In this document: piece by piece, positions 27,276-38,600 of the stretch
Position numbering within the stretch: position 1 is the first letter of the stretch
Layout: each line of letters begins with the position of its first letter
Origin: a virus
Lineage: Duplodnaviria > Caudoviricetes
Virus record (IMG/VR): IMGVR_UViG_3300031659_000008
Coordinates: 1-59,411 of that record
Length of the DNA stretch: 59,411 bases
Direction: 5' to 3' (one strand)
Made by a program: the position numbers and the translations under genes
Notes under the pieces: generated by a model
Told to the model about the DNA's origin: nothing
Databases searched by the model: none
Seen by the model: the letters and a program-made list of their open reading frames with translations, nothing else

Positions 27276-28430
27276 ATGGAAATAAAAGTAAGAGCTATAG
27301 AAGCTACAGAAGAAAAATCAATGCAAGAAGTAGAAAATGAATTACTTCAAAAGCATGAAGACCAGTTTAATGATACTTCAGAAACAAGTGAAACAGAAAA
27401 AGTAGATTTAAATTTTGAAAAAGATAAAGAAGATTCTTCCGTAAAGGAAGATGATAAAGAAGAAGCTTATGTTGAGGAGGTTGCAGAGCAACCTTATGAC
27501 TTAAAAGAAGAAGATGTTCTTTCATATATTGGAAAAAGATACGGTAAGGAGATTAACTCATTTGATGATTTAATGGCTGAAAGAAAGGAAGCTGAAGAGC
27601 TTCCTGAAGATGTCGCTGCTTACTTTAAATACAAAAAAGAAACAGGAAGAGATATTCAAGATTTTGTTAAACTACAACAAGATTTTAGTTCTATGAATCC
27701 TGACTCTTTGCTAAGAGAGTATTTGACTATTACAGAAGGAGAAGGTTTAGACCCTGAAGATATTGATTCTCTTATGGAGGATTATTCTTATGATGAAGAC
27801 CTAGATGATGAGTCTGTAATTAAAAAGACTAAACTAGCAAAGAAAAAAATTATTGCTAAAGCAAAAAAGTTCTTTAATGAGCAAAAAGAATTGTACAAAC
27901 AGCCTCTTGAGTCGAGACCGGCTGTTAATTCTGAAGGCGAAAATGAAGAGCTTCAAGATTATAGGCAATATTTAGAATCTGTTAAAACTCAACAACAGGA
28001 AAATGAGGCAAAGCGAAGTTGGTTTGTAAAAAAAACTAACGAAGTGTTTACTGATGATTTCAAAGGTTTTGATTTCGCACTTGACGACAAAACAGTAACC
28101 TTTTCTCCTGGTGATACACAGTCTATTAAAAAAAACCAAGATACACCAATGAACTTTATAAATAAGTTTCTTGATGATAAAGGTTTAATGAAAGATGCTG
28201 CTGGATATCACAGAGCTTTATCAATCGCCATGAATCCAGATAAATTTGCACAGTTCTTTTTTGAACAAGGCAAATCAGAGGCTACTCAAGATGTAATGCG
28301 TAAAACTAAAAATATAAACATGAGTGAACGCAGAGCACCTGAAGTAACTAATAAAGGAGGAATGACAGTTAAGTCAGTTAACCCTGATTCGGGACGAGGC
28401 TTAAAAATTAGAAGTATTAAACGAAAATAA
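27276..28430 (+). CDS. Putative scaffolding protein
   Basis: Very acidic, helical protein between portal and capsid genes. Confidence 0.7.
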   Translation: MEIKVRAIEATEEKSMQEVENELLQKHEDQFNDTSETSETEKVDLNFEKDKEDSSVKEDDKEEAYVEEVAEQPYDLKEEDVLSYIGKRYGKEINSFDDLMAERKEAEELPEDVAAYFKYKKETGRDIQDFVKLQQDFSSMNPDSLLREYLTITEGEGLDPEDIDSLMEDYSYDEDLDDESVIKKTKLAKKKIIAKAKKFFNEQKELYKQPLESRPAVNSEGENEELQDYRQYLESVKTQQQENEAKRSWFVKKTNEVFTDDFKGFDFALDDKTVTFSPGDTQSIKKNQDTPMNFINKFLDDKGLMKDAAGYHRALSIAMNPDKFAQFFFEQGKSEATQDVMRKTKNINMSERRAPEVTNKGGMTVKSVNPDSGRGLKIRSIKRK

Positions 28431-28449
28431 ATTTTAAAAATTAATTATT

Positions 28450-29874
28450 ATGGCAGGAGCAGTTCAAGTAGCCCCAGGGTTTGCTTTACAACCCAGTGCG
28501 GAACAAGTACCATTGAGTACAAATTATATAACTAACTTCGATTTCTTAAATCAGTATCTACCTGATACTTATGAAAAGGAATTCGAAAGATACGGTAATC
28601 GTACCGTTGCATCGTTCCTACGTTTAGTAGGAGCTGAAATGCCTTCAAACTCTGACCTTATTAAATGGGCAGAACAAGGAAGGTTACACACTAAATATGT
28701 AGACTGTACAACAGCAGCAGCAGGACCAGTTACAGTTGCTCAATTTACGGTTAATGATGCTTTAATTCCAGGAACTGGAAGTATTGCTATCAGAGTAGGT
28801 CAAACAGTAATGATAACTGAAAATGCAGCTGGCTCTAACAATAAAGCAATTGTTACGGCTGTTTCTACAGCAAACGGTACTTTTGATGTAGCTTTTTACG
28901 AAGCAGCAGGATTTACTAATGCAGCAGCAGCTAATAAGTTTACTGTATTTATTTACGGTTCTGAATTTAAAAAAGGAACAAATGGAATGGTTGGCTCTTT
29001 AGAGGCTGATGACGTTATCTTCTCTAACTCACCAATTATCATCAAAGATAAGTATGCGGTTAGCGGTTCAGATATGGCGCAAATTGGGTGGATAGAAATA
29101 ACTACTGAAAATGGAGCTAGTGGATACCTATGGTATTTAAAATCTGAGCACGAAACAAGACTACGTTTTGATGACTACTTAGAGACTGCAATGATTGAAG
29201 CCGTACCTGCTGAAGCTGGTAGTGGAGCAATTGCAGCTACAGGAGATGTAGGGAACAAAGGTTCTGAAGGTATCTTCTATGTGGTTAATAACAGAGGAAA
29301 TGTATGGGGTGGTGGAAATCCTGCTGCACTTGCAGATTTTGACGCAATTATCTCTCGTTTAGATAAGCAAGGTTCTATTGAAGAAAATGTTATTTTCGTA
29401 GATAGAGACTTTGGATTTGATATTGACGACATGTTAGCTGCACAAAACTCTTATGGAGCTGGTGGAACATCTTATGGTTTGTTTGACAATGACAAAGACA
29501 TGGCATTAAACCTTGGATTTACTGGATTCCGTAGAGGTTATGACTTTTATAAGTCTGACTGGAAATACTTAAATGACCCAACTATGCGTGGTGGTCTTCC
29601 TACTGGAGCTAACTCAGGACGTGTAAACGGACTATTAGTACCAGCTGGTTCTACTACAGTATATGACCAGATTTTAGGTAAAAATGCAAAGCGTCCTTTC
29701 TTACATGTTCGTTACAGAGCTTCTGAGACTGAGGACAGACGTTACAAAACTTGGATTACAGGTTCTGCTGGCGGTGCACAAACTTCAAGCTTAGATGCTA
29801 TGGAAGTTCATTTCTTGTCTGAGAGAGCTGTATGTACTTTAGGTGCAAACAACTTCTTCTTATTCCAAGAGTAG
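28450..29874 (+). CDS. Major capsid protein
   Basis: Position after the scaffold gene, 474 aa, biased codon use (CGT/TTC/AAC), strong terminator downstream. Confidence 0.85.
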   Translation: MAGAVQVAPGFALQPSAEQVPLSTNYITNFDFLNQYLPDTYEKEFERYGNRTVASFLRLVGAEMPSNSDLIKWAEQGRLHTKYVDCTTAAAGPVTVAQFTVNDALIPGTGSIAIRVGQTVMITENAAGSNNKAIVTAVSTANGTFDVAFYEAAGFTNAAAANKFTVFIYGSEFKKGTNGMVGSLEADDVIFSNSPIIIKDKYAVSGSDMAQIGWIEITTENGASGYLWYLKSEHETRLRFDDYLETAMIEAVPAEAGSGAIAATGDVGNKGSEGIFYVVNNRGNVWGGGNPAALADFDAIISRLDKQGSIEENVIFVDRDFGFDIDDMLAAQNSYGAGGTSYGLFDNDKDMALNLGFTGFRRGYDFYKSDWKYLNDPTMRGGLPTGANSGRVNGLLVPAGSTTVYDQILGKNAKRPFLHVRYRASETEDRRYKTWITGSAGGAQTSSLDAMEVHFLSERAVCTLGANNFFLFQE

Positions 29875-29882
29875 TATTTATT

Positions 29883-29912
29883 AAGGGAGGTTTAACCGCC
29901 TCCCTTTTTTTT
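29883..29912 (+). terminator. Intrinsic terminator after the capsid gene
   Basis: AAGGGAGG-TTTAACCG-CCTCCCTT plus T-tract. Confidence 0.9.
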
Positions 29913-29935
29913 AAAATTTAATTAAATCTTATATA

Positions 29936-30679
29936 ATGAAAAAAAATAAAACATTCGTAGACAAAGTCTACAAACTAACTAGGGGCGATGCTCCAATCTC
30001 ATTTTTACTTCCTTCTAGCGGTTCAGCAAGACAACCTTTATTGTGGTTTGATGAAGAAAAAGGGATAAATAGAGTTTTAAGATATTCTTCTAATCAAAAG
30101 TCTCCTTTTGAAGATGAACAAGATGGTAACATAATCAGAAGACCAGTTGATTTTTTAGATGGTTTTTTAAGAGTTCCAAAATCAAACCCAGTTTTACAAG
30201 AGTTTTTACATTATCACCCACTTAATGGTTTAAAATATATTGAAGTAAATGAAGAAAAAGATGCTCAAAAAGAGGTAGATTTATTAAACTTAGAAGTTGA
30301 CGCTTTAATTGAAGCTAAGTCTTTGTCACTAGACCAATTAGAAACTATTTCTAGGGTTATATTAGGAAAAGATACCTCTAAAGTAACTACTGCAGAATTA
30401 AGAAGAGACATTTTAATTTACGTTAGAGAAAATCCAGAGGAGTTTATGAAAATAATTAATGACCCACTGCTTAAATTGCAGTCTACTATTCAATTATTTT
30501 TTGACAAAAGTTTATTAACTTTTAGAAATAAACAAAAAGAAGTATGGTTTAACACTTCTTCTAACAAAAAGAAAATGTTAACTGTTCCTTTTGGAGAAGA
30601 CCCTATATATATAGTGTCCTCTTATTTACAAAGCGATGATGGCGTGGATTCATTAAAAATGTTAGAGAAACTAATATAA
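29936..30679 (+). CDS. Hypothetical morphogenesis protein
   Basis: 247-aa ORF in the head-tail block. Confidence 0.75.
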   Translation: MKKNKTFVDKVYKLTRGDAPISFLLPSSGSARQPLLWFDEEKGINRVLRYSSNQKSPFEDEQDGNIIRRPVDFLDGFLRVPKSNPVLQEFLHYHPLNGLKYIEVNEEKDAQKEVDLLNLEVDALIEAKSLSLDQLETISRVILGKDTSKVTTAELRRDILIYVRENPEEFMKIINDPLLKLQSTIQLFFDKSLLTFRNKQKEVWFNTSSNKKKMLTVPFGEDPIYIVSSYLQSDDGVDSLKMLEKLI

Positions 30680-30697
30680 ATAATACATAAAAGCAAG

Positions 30698-30729
30698 AGA
30701 GGTCAAAAATAATTGACCTCTTTTTTTTT
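30698..30729 (+). terminator. Intrinsic terminator followed by a TATCTTTG promoter box (30733-30740)
   Basis: AGAGGTCAA-AAATAA-TTGACCTCT plus T-tract. Confidence 0.85.
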
Positions 30730-30754
30730 GCTTATCTTTGTAAAAAAGAAAGCG

Positions 30755-31711
30755 ATGATAAACGCTGTTAGAAATACAGTTCTTGCTATACTTAACAAGA
30801 ATAATTACGGTTACATATCTCCATCAGACTTTAATCTGTTTGCTAAACAAGCGCAACTAGATATTTTTGATGAATATTTTATAGGTTATAACACTCAAGT
30901 TAATCAAGAAAATGGAAGAGTATCTGGAACTGGATACGCCGATATTAAAAAAGGATATGAAGAAGTTATAGATACTTTTTCTTTAACAAATAGTTTAGGA
31001 AATTTTAATAGTAATCTTTATTACGCTCCGTCAGCATCTACTACAGGAAGTGATTATTATTTAATAAATAAAGTTTTAATATATAAAACCATAACCTCAT
31101 CAGGAGCTACTACACAAGTTAATGGAGGTAATTTTTTAATTAATGCTAATGCAACTTTTCAAAGTGACGGAGTTTCTGTTGGTGATACTGTATCTGTTTC
31201 TTTAACTCCAGGGGTGGTTTCTAATTTAACTGTTGTAGCTATACCTGCTGAAAATCAAATACAAATAAACAGTTCCGTTTTAATTACAACTGGAATTGAT
31301 TATGCTATTTACAAGTCATCAAATTTAGTTAATGAAGCCGAGCAAGTTAATCACAGTAAAATAACAATGCTAAATAAGTCTTTATTGACAGCTCCAAATA
31401 TTACATTTCCATCATATACTCAAGAAGGAGATTTATTAACTTTATATCCAAATAATATAGTTTCTGTAGGTAGAGTTGTTAGTCAATACATTAGATACCC
31501 GCAAGACCCTAAATGGACTTATGTTTCTCTCACGGGAGGTCAACCTATTTTTGACCAGTCTCAATCTGATTATCAAGATTTTGAGTTACCTCCAGATGAT
31601 GTAAATAATTTAGTGTCAAGAATATTACAGTACGCCGGAATGTCTATAAGAGAAATAGCTGCTGTACAATTTGGTCAATCAATAGAACAACAAGAAAACC
31701 AAGAACAATAG
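30755..31711 (+). CDS. Tail ring / head-tail adaptor protein (start corrected to ATG 30755)
   Basis: NKNNYGYISPSDFNLFAKQAQ and YIRYPQDPKW motifs resemble crAss-like ring proteins; the listed TTG start lies in the terminator stem. Confidence 0.7.
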   Translation: MINAVRNTVLAILNKNNYGYISPSDFNLFAKQAQLDIFDEYFIGYNTQVNQENGRVSGTGYADIKKGYEEVIDTFSLTNSLGNFNSNLYYAPSASTTGSDYYLINKVLIYKTITSSGATTQVNGGNFLINANATFQSDGVSVGDTVSVSLTPGVVSNLTVVAIPAENQIQINSSVLITTGIDYAIYKSSNLVNEAEQVNHSKITMLNKSLLTAPNITFPSYTQEGDLLTLYPNNIVSVGRVVSQYIRYPQDPKWTYVSLTGGQPIFDQSQSDYQDFELPPDDVNNLVSRILQYAGMSIREIAAVQFGQSIEQQENQEQ

Positions 31712-31712
31712 C

Positions 31713-32630
31713 ATGGCATACTTATCACAATATCAATATTACGAAAACGCAGGGGCAGCTCCTACTAATGCTAATTGGGGCTCATATCAATACGTTAGTC
31801 TGGAAGATGTAGTAAATAATTTTCAATTAATACACACAGGAAACCATTCCTCTGTAAACAATGAGGAAAGATTTAAAATATTATTTCATGCTAAAAGAGC
31901 TATTCAAGAATTAAATTATGACGCATTTAAGGAAATTAAAGCATTAGAACTTACGGTATACTCTAATTTAACTTTTGTTTTACCTTCTGATTATGTTAAT
32001 TGGGTTAGAATTTCTTTATATAAAAATGGTTGGCTTAGACCTCTTAATGAAAACATACAAGTTAATTCAGCTATTTCTTATTTACAAAGCAATACAGGAG
32101 CGTTAAGTTTTAATGGTAATGGAACTATTATAACCGATGCGTCTTCTTTAGATACTGAAAGAAAAAATGGACAACAAAATAGCATATATTTAAATCAAAA
32201 TAATGCGTCAGACCAGGTTGCTGATAACAGCGCTACCGGTGGATTTGCTGAATACTCTATTGGTGCTAGATATGGGTTGAATACTGAAACGGCTAATGTT
32301 AACCCAACTTTTAGAATTGATAAAAAAGCAGGTGTAATTAATTTTGATTCTACTATGTTAAACGAAAACTGTGTTCTAGAATATGTTTCAGATGGTATGG
32401 AGAGTGGTAATGACTCTTTAGTTACTGTAAATAAACTTTTTGAAGAGTATATTTATGCTTCAATAAAATACGCCCTATTAAACAGTAAATTTAATGTTCA
32501 AGAATACATAATAAATAGAGCTAGAAAAGACAAGTCAGCGCTTTTAAGAAACGCAAAAATAAGACTTAGCAATATTCACCCTGGTAGATTATTAATGAAT
32601 TTAAGGGGAGATAACAAGTGGATTAAATAA
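31713..32630 (+). CDS. Second tail ring (tubular) protein
   Basis: HAKRAIQELNYD, LPSDYVNWVRIS, LEYVSDG motifs; directly before the muzzle gene. Confidence 0.7.
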   Translation: MAYLSQYQYYENAGAAPTNANWGSYQYVSLEDVVNNFQLIHTGNHSSVNNEERFKILFHAKRAIQELNYDAFKEIKALELTVYSNLTFVLPSDYVNWVRISLYKNGWLRPLNENIQVNSAISYLQSNTGALSFNGNGTIITDASSLDTERKNGQQNSIYLNQNNASDQVADNSATGGFAEYSIGARYGLNTETANVNPTFRIDKKAGVINFDSTMLNENCVLEYVSDGMESGNDSLVTVNKLFEEYIYASIKYALLNSKFNVQEYIINRARKDKSALLRNAKIRLSNIHPGRLLMNLRGDNKWIK

Positions 32631-32632
32631 GC

Positions 32633-35600
32633 ATGGCAAATATTACCAGAAATTTTATAAGAGGACGTATGAATAAAAGCCTTGACGAAAGGCTTGTGCC
32701 TCAAGGCGAATACATTGATGCGTTAAATGTTAGATTAGGTTCAACTGAAGACTCTGAAATAGGAGCTGTAGAAAATTCAAAAGGTAATACTCTTTTAACT
32801 GCTTTATCTTATAATGGAGTTTCTTTAAGTTTAAATGCAAAATGTATAGGCGCTTTTGAAGATGGCGCTAATGAAACTTTATACTGGTTTGTTCATGACC
32901 CAAGGTTTACCGATGGATTAAGCGGTGAATTAGATTTAATACTTTCTTACAACACTAATACTAATACTTTAAAGTATCATGTAATTAGTATAAACTCTGG
33001 AAATAACTCAAACACTACTTTAGATTTTAATCTATCTTATTTAATAACAGGAATTAATTTAGTAGATAATTTATTATTTTTTACAGATAACATTAATCCT
33101 CCAAGGGTAATTGATATAACTAAAAATTATCCTGAACCTGTAAATAATTTAGACCAATTTAGTGCAGAGTCTATTTTAGTTATTAAAAGACCTCCGGTTA
33201 CATCTCCAACTATTCAGACCTTAATATTACCTGGACTAAATGAAAACTTTTTAGAAACAAGATTTATATCATTTTCTTATAGATATCAATATGCAAATGG
33301 AGAGTATTCTGCTATATCTCAATTCAGTAAACCAGCGTTTGACCCAGGTTCTTTTAATTTAAGCACTAATAGTTTTCTTAACGAAGGAATGGTAAACAGT
33401 GCTAATACCGCCATAGTTACTTATAATTCAGGTGGCCCATTAGTTGTTGCTATTGAATTGTTGTTTAAAGAAAGTACAAATACATTTATAAAAGTAATTG
33501 AAAAATTTAATAAAGAAAACTTAGGATATGCAGATGATACTGATTATAGTTTTACTTTTTCTGACAGCAAAATATTTACGTTATTACCCGAATCTGAAAT
33601 ATTAAGACTTTACGATAACGTTCCAAGAACAGCCAAATCACAAACCCTAATGGGGAATAGATTGGTTTATGGTAACTATTTAGAGGGATATAATTTAGTA
33701 GATAGGTTTAACAATAATTTAAAATTAGAATATGTTGCTAGTTTATTATCTACAAGTATTGGATTAGAACAACTTTCAACTAGCACTGGAGTAGGTGTTT
33801 ACAATGCTCCTATAGGAATTGGAATTACTGATATAGAAAATGCTGTTGTTTATGTTGATTTAACAGGTATTACTTTAAGTGCAGGAAGCGCAATTGATTT
33901 GTCTTATACTTTTACTCATAACTCTTGGTCTAATGCTTTAGACCTACCTAGCTCAAACACTTTAAATGTAGGTGTTTCTTTTGAATACATTCTTCCTACT
34001 GACTTTTCTAATGTATATGATTTAGCTACAAGTACTGATTTTATAGAAAAAGTAGGTACAGTTGCAAACATTCAAACTGTTCCTAATGCATCTCTTGGAG
34101 TTACATTGACAGATTTTACTAATGCTAACATACCTCAAAACTTAGGCGGTACTCATGAAAAAACTATGAGTGGCGTAAATCAATTTCTTGGACCTTTAGA
34201 AATAATATCTACTCCTGGAAGCAATGCTATAGGATTTCAAACTGTAGGTATGAATTTTTCAAATACTAGTACGGGAATAGGCGCTATTGAATTTTATAGC
34301 ATTATTCAGCATGAAGCTCGTTTTCAGAAAATTTCTAATCCCGGAAGTTTACATAGTAATAGAGGTTATGAGGTAGGATTGGTTTATATGGATGAATTTA
34401 ATCGTTCAACTACAGCTTTAGTTAGTCCTCAAAATACCATACAAGTTCCTTGTCTAAATTCTGTTAATAGAAATGAATTAAAAGTAACTATACCTCCTCA
34501 ACAATTAGCTCCAAACTGGGCTACTAGATATAAATTTGTTTTAAAACCTAGTGAAGATACTTACGAAACTATTTTTGTTACAACTTTTTTTAATGACCCT
34601 ACTAATAATTCAGTTTATTATTTATTAGAAGGAGATAACGCTGGAAAAGTTGAAGAAGGTGATAGGTTAATAGTTAAAAGAGATAGCGATGGAGCTACTC
34701 AAACTTGTCCAGTTGCTACTGTTTTAGAAAAAAAAGCACAGTCTTCAAACTTTTTAACTATTCCAACTGGAGTAAATGATGCTGATGGTAATCCTATAAA
34801 CACTCCTATTCCTGGAGGAGTTTATATGAAAATTAATCCTAGTAATTTTAATAGCACTTTTGAAGATAATGCAACTGTAGATTTACCTTACAGTCAAGTT
34901 CGCTCTCCTAATGGAAGTGACAACTATCCTTTGCTAAAATATAATTTAAGTTTAGTGGGAGCTGACCCTAATATTTCAGGCTCAACATATAATAATTATA
35001 CTATTCCAGAAGGAAGTAGAATTACCATAGACATAAATCAATCAAGAAACGGAACATCAACCTGTGATACAAGGATTTATAATTTAAAATTAACTCTTAC
35101 CTCTTCTAAAACATATCTTCCTAGCGGAAATGTTCCTGCTATTTATAATTGGTTTATAGGAGATAATATAGCTGAAAGATTAAATGATGGAACTCAAACT
35201 GTTATTAATAATACAGGTTCAACACCAGGGAATGCCGCTATAACAAATGAAGTTTCTACAGCAAGTTTTTTACCCGGATATCCGGGTTATAACGAAGGGC
35301 CTGCAGACCCAGGAAGGGTAAACACATCTTTTTCATTTAGTACTAACTATTATTTCTTTTATAGAAACACTACTACTAATCAAGTTTTTTTACTCATAAC
35401 AGGAACAAGTTCTTGTGGTAGCAGTAACGATAAAAGGTCATTTGTAAATGCTCAGATAAGTATTCTTAGAGCAGGAGATGGATTAGTTTTTGAAACACAA
35501 CCCTTAGATTCAGCCCCCGATATATGGTATGAAAATGACTTATCATTTCCTATTAATAATTTAGGACATCATCAAGGTAATTTACAAAATCAATCAGCCG

Positions 35601-38600
35601 GTATATCGGCTATATGCAACACCGGATTTTTTAATTGTTTTTCTTTTGGTAATGGTGTTGAGAGTTATAAAATAAGAGATGCCATTAATGGTAAGCCTTT
35701 AGGATTTGGAAGTAGAGTTACTACTACAACTAATACTTTATTTAAAGAAGCTAATAGATTTGCTGACCTTACTTATAGTGGAGTTTATAATGACGAAACA
35801 AATACTAATAAGTTAAATGAATTTAATTTAGGTCTTCTTAATTTTAAACCACTAGAAGATACTTTTGGACCTATTCAAAAATTATTTGCAAGAGAAACGG
35901 ATATTCTTGTATTACAAGAAGATAAGATATCTTATGTTTTAACTGGTGTAAACTTATTAAGTGATGCAGTTGGCGGTGGAGTAATTACTGCTGTTCCTCA
36001 AGTTTTAGGAAAACAAATAGCTAGAATAGAAGAATTTGGAATAAGCAATAATCCTGAAAGCTTTGCCGTATGGGGAAGAACTAAATATTTTACTGACGCA
36101 AAAAGAGGAGCTGTTATAAGCCTTACCGGAGACCGTGGTCAATCTGAACAATTACAAGTTATTTCAGAAGCTGGAATGAGAGGTTGGTTTAGAGATTTAT
36201 TTATTGATAGCTTTAATACTCAAAAAATAGGTGGCTTTGACCCTTATATGAATGAATATGTTTTGTCTTCTAACATTTATGGACAGCCTGCTGTTCCTGA
36301 AGTTTGTATAAATTGTGGTATAGAAAGAGACTTAACACTTACTCCAAACATACCTACAAATTATTGCGTAGATGTAACTGGATTTGTAGGAGTTGTTAAT
36401 GTAAATTACGTTATACCTATAGAGGGTACGGATGACATATCTTCTGAATCGTCATCAACTAATTTAGTAGTCACACAATTAAACAGCGATGATATAGTAA
36501 CAGAAAGTGCTTTTACTGGAACTGGTTATACTATTTCTATTATTTACAATGGAATTACTTATACCACAGGAGAAGTATTTTCTAGTGGAACATTATCGTT
36601 TAACAAAGACGTAGTTAGTGTTACTGAAGCTCAAGTTTCGGTTTCTACCTCATCACTTACTCCTGATAATATTTCAGTAACTGTTGAGTGTCCTTTGTCA
36701 GAAATTTTAAATGTATATAACATAGCCATAACAAGTAATAACGAAGCAACTCAAACTATTACAAATGCATATAGATGGAGTGATGGTAATTTTGATTCTA
36801 CTACAAAATCAGAAAAAGTTGTATTTTCTTCTAGTTCCGTAAATCCTATTGTATCTCAATATAGTTTATTTGGAGGTCCTCAAGGAGCAGGTTTAATTCC
36901 TGCAAATGGAGCTAATGTTACAATAATAAGCAGAAAAACAAGCACTGATAATTATGTGTTTAATACTGCTTCTAATAAATTAAAATATTTAAGGACTTCT
37001 ACTCTTTATCAAAACACAGGAGCTCAAATTCAATCTTTACTTTCAGTTGCTCAAGACGCTTCTCCTATAACTACAGGTCAAATTCCAGGGGATTTTGAAG
37101 CTAGTTTTTTAATGCCAAGCACAGGAACTAACCTATATCTAATATGGGATTACAGAAAATCAACTGCAAAATCATTATGTTTTTCTGATGTTTCATCATC
37201 TGATGCTTGTAATGGATGTGTGCCTGTTCCAGTGCCTGTGCCTGTTTCTCCAGTTCCAGTCGCAACTGTATATACATGGCAAATATCATTTTTAGGAACT
37301 ATTGCTAGTCCAGCAAATTGTCCAATTACAAATGCAACTTTATATTCAATTTCATCTTCTTTTGCCACTACGTTTGTTAATAGTACAGTATTTTATATTG
37401 ATGCTGCTTTAACAACAGTTTATGCAGGCGGAAATACATATTCCGGTGTAAGAGAACCTAATACAGGTGGTGGAGTTTCATCAGCAATATTTAGATTTAC
37501 AAGTTTAGGAACTGTTTCAAATATAGACACATCTGGAGTTTGTTCAGTAGCACCTATTCCAGTGCCAGTGGTAATACCCGTTCCTATTCCTATTCCAGTG
37601 CCGGTTGTAGCGCCAGTAATAACACCAGTGCCTGTGCCGATAACACCAGTGCCGATACCTACACCTACACCAGTTGCACCTATACCAACTCCTATTCCAG
37701 TGCCTGTGCCTGTTTCTTTTTTCTATTATACTTTAAGACAATGTACAACCCTTCAGCTTTTTGATGTTGGGGTTTCTGGTTCTTTAACTTTAGGGACTGC
37801 ATTAAATTACGCTGGACAATGTTGGGAAGTATATGCAACTTCTCTTTCAGGAACTTCAATAACTCCTACATCATATCATACTAATTGTAGCACATGTTTA
37901 ACACCTACACCAGTTGTGCCTGTTCCTGTGCCTGTTAGTCCTACGCCTATTCCAGTGCCAGTAGTACCAAGCCCTATTCCAGTGCCAGTAGTAACGCCTG
38001 TAGTACCTATTCCAGTGCCTATTCCTGCGCCTGTAGCACCTATTCCAGTGCCTATTCCTGCGCCAGTAGTAACACCTGTAGCACCTATTCCAGTGCCAGT
38101 AGTAACGCCTGTAGTACCTATTCCAGTGCCTATTCCTGCGCCTGTAGCACCTATTCCAGTGCCTATTCCTGCGCCAGTAGTAACACCTGTAGCACCTATT
38201 CCAGTGCCTATTCCAGTGCCTGTAGTACCTATTCCAGTGCCTATTCCTGCGCCAGTAGTACCAATACCTGCACCTATAGTACCAATACCTGCGCCTATAG
38301 TACCAATACCTGCGCCTATAGTGCCTATTCCAGTGCCAGTTCCACAGCCAGCGCCAATAGTTCCTATTCCAGTGCCTGTAGTGCCTGTGCCTGTGCCTGT
38401 AGTACTTCCTACTCCAGTTCCAGTGTTTACTCCTGTACCCGTTCCAGCGCCAGTTGCTGCTGTATATGCCTCTTGGTATATAAATAATTGGGAAGGTCAA
38501 GGCGTTACCGTAGGTGGCAGTGGTATTGCAACCTGTTGTAGCTATAATACTTCTAGTAGTTTACCAGTTTATTTATGGTACGGTGGATATGGTACAAACG

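Noticed and set aside
30713-30754. N-terminal extension MTSFFLLIFVKKKA of the ring protein
   Set aside because: It translates a terminator stem and a promoter box; ATG 30755 is the sensible start
37901-38460. Possible CRISPR array or collagen-like repeat
   Set aside because: Repeats are in-frame coding units with no unique spacers, and there is no Gly-X-Y periodicity
37898-38500. 200-aa Arg/Trp/Tyr/His repeat ORF on the - strand
   Set aside because: Antisense shadow of the Pro-Val repeat DNA; stop-free frames are expected in such repeats, and there is no promoter or operon context
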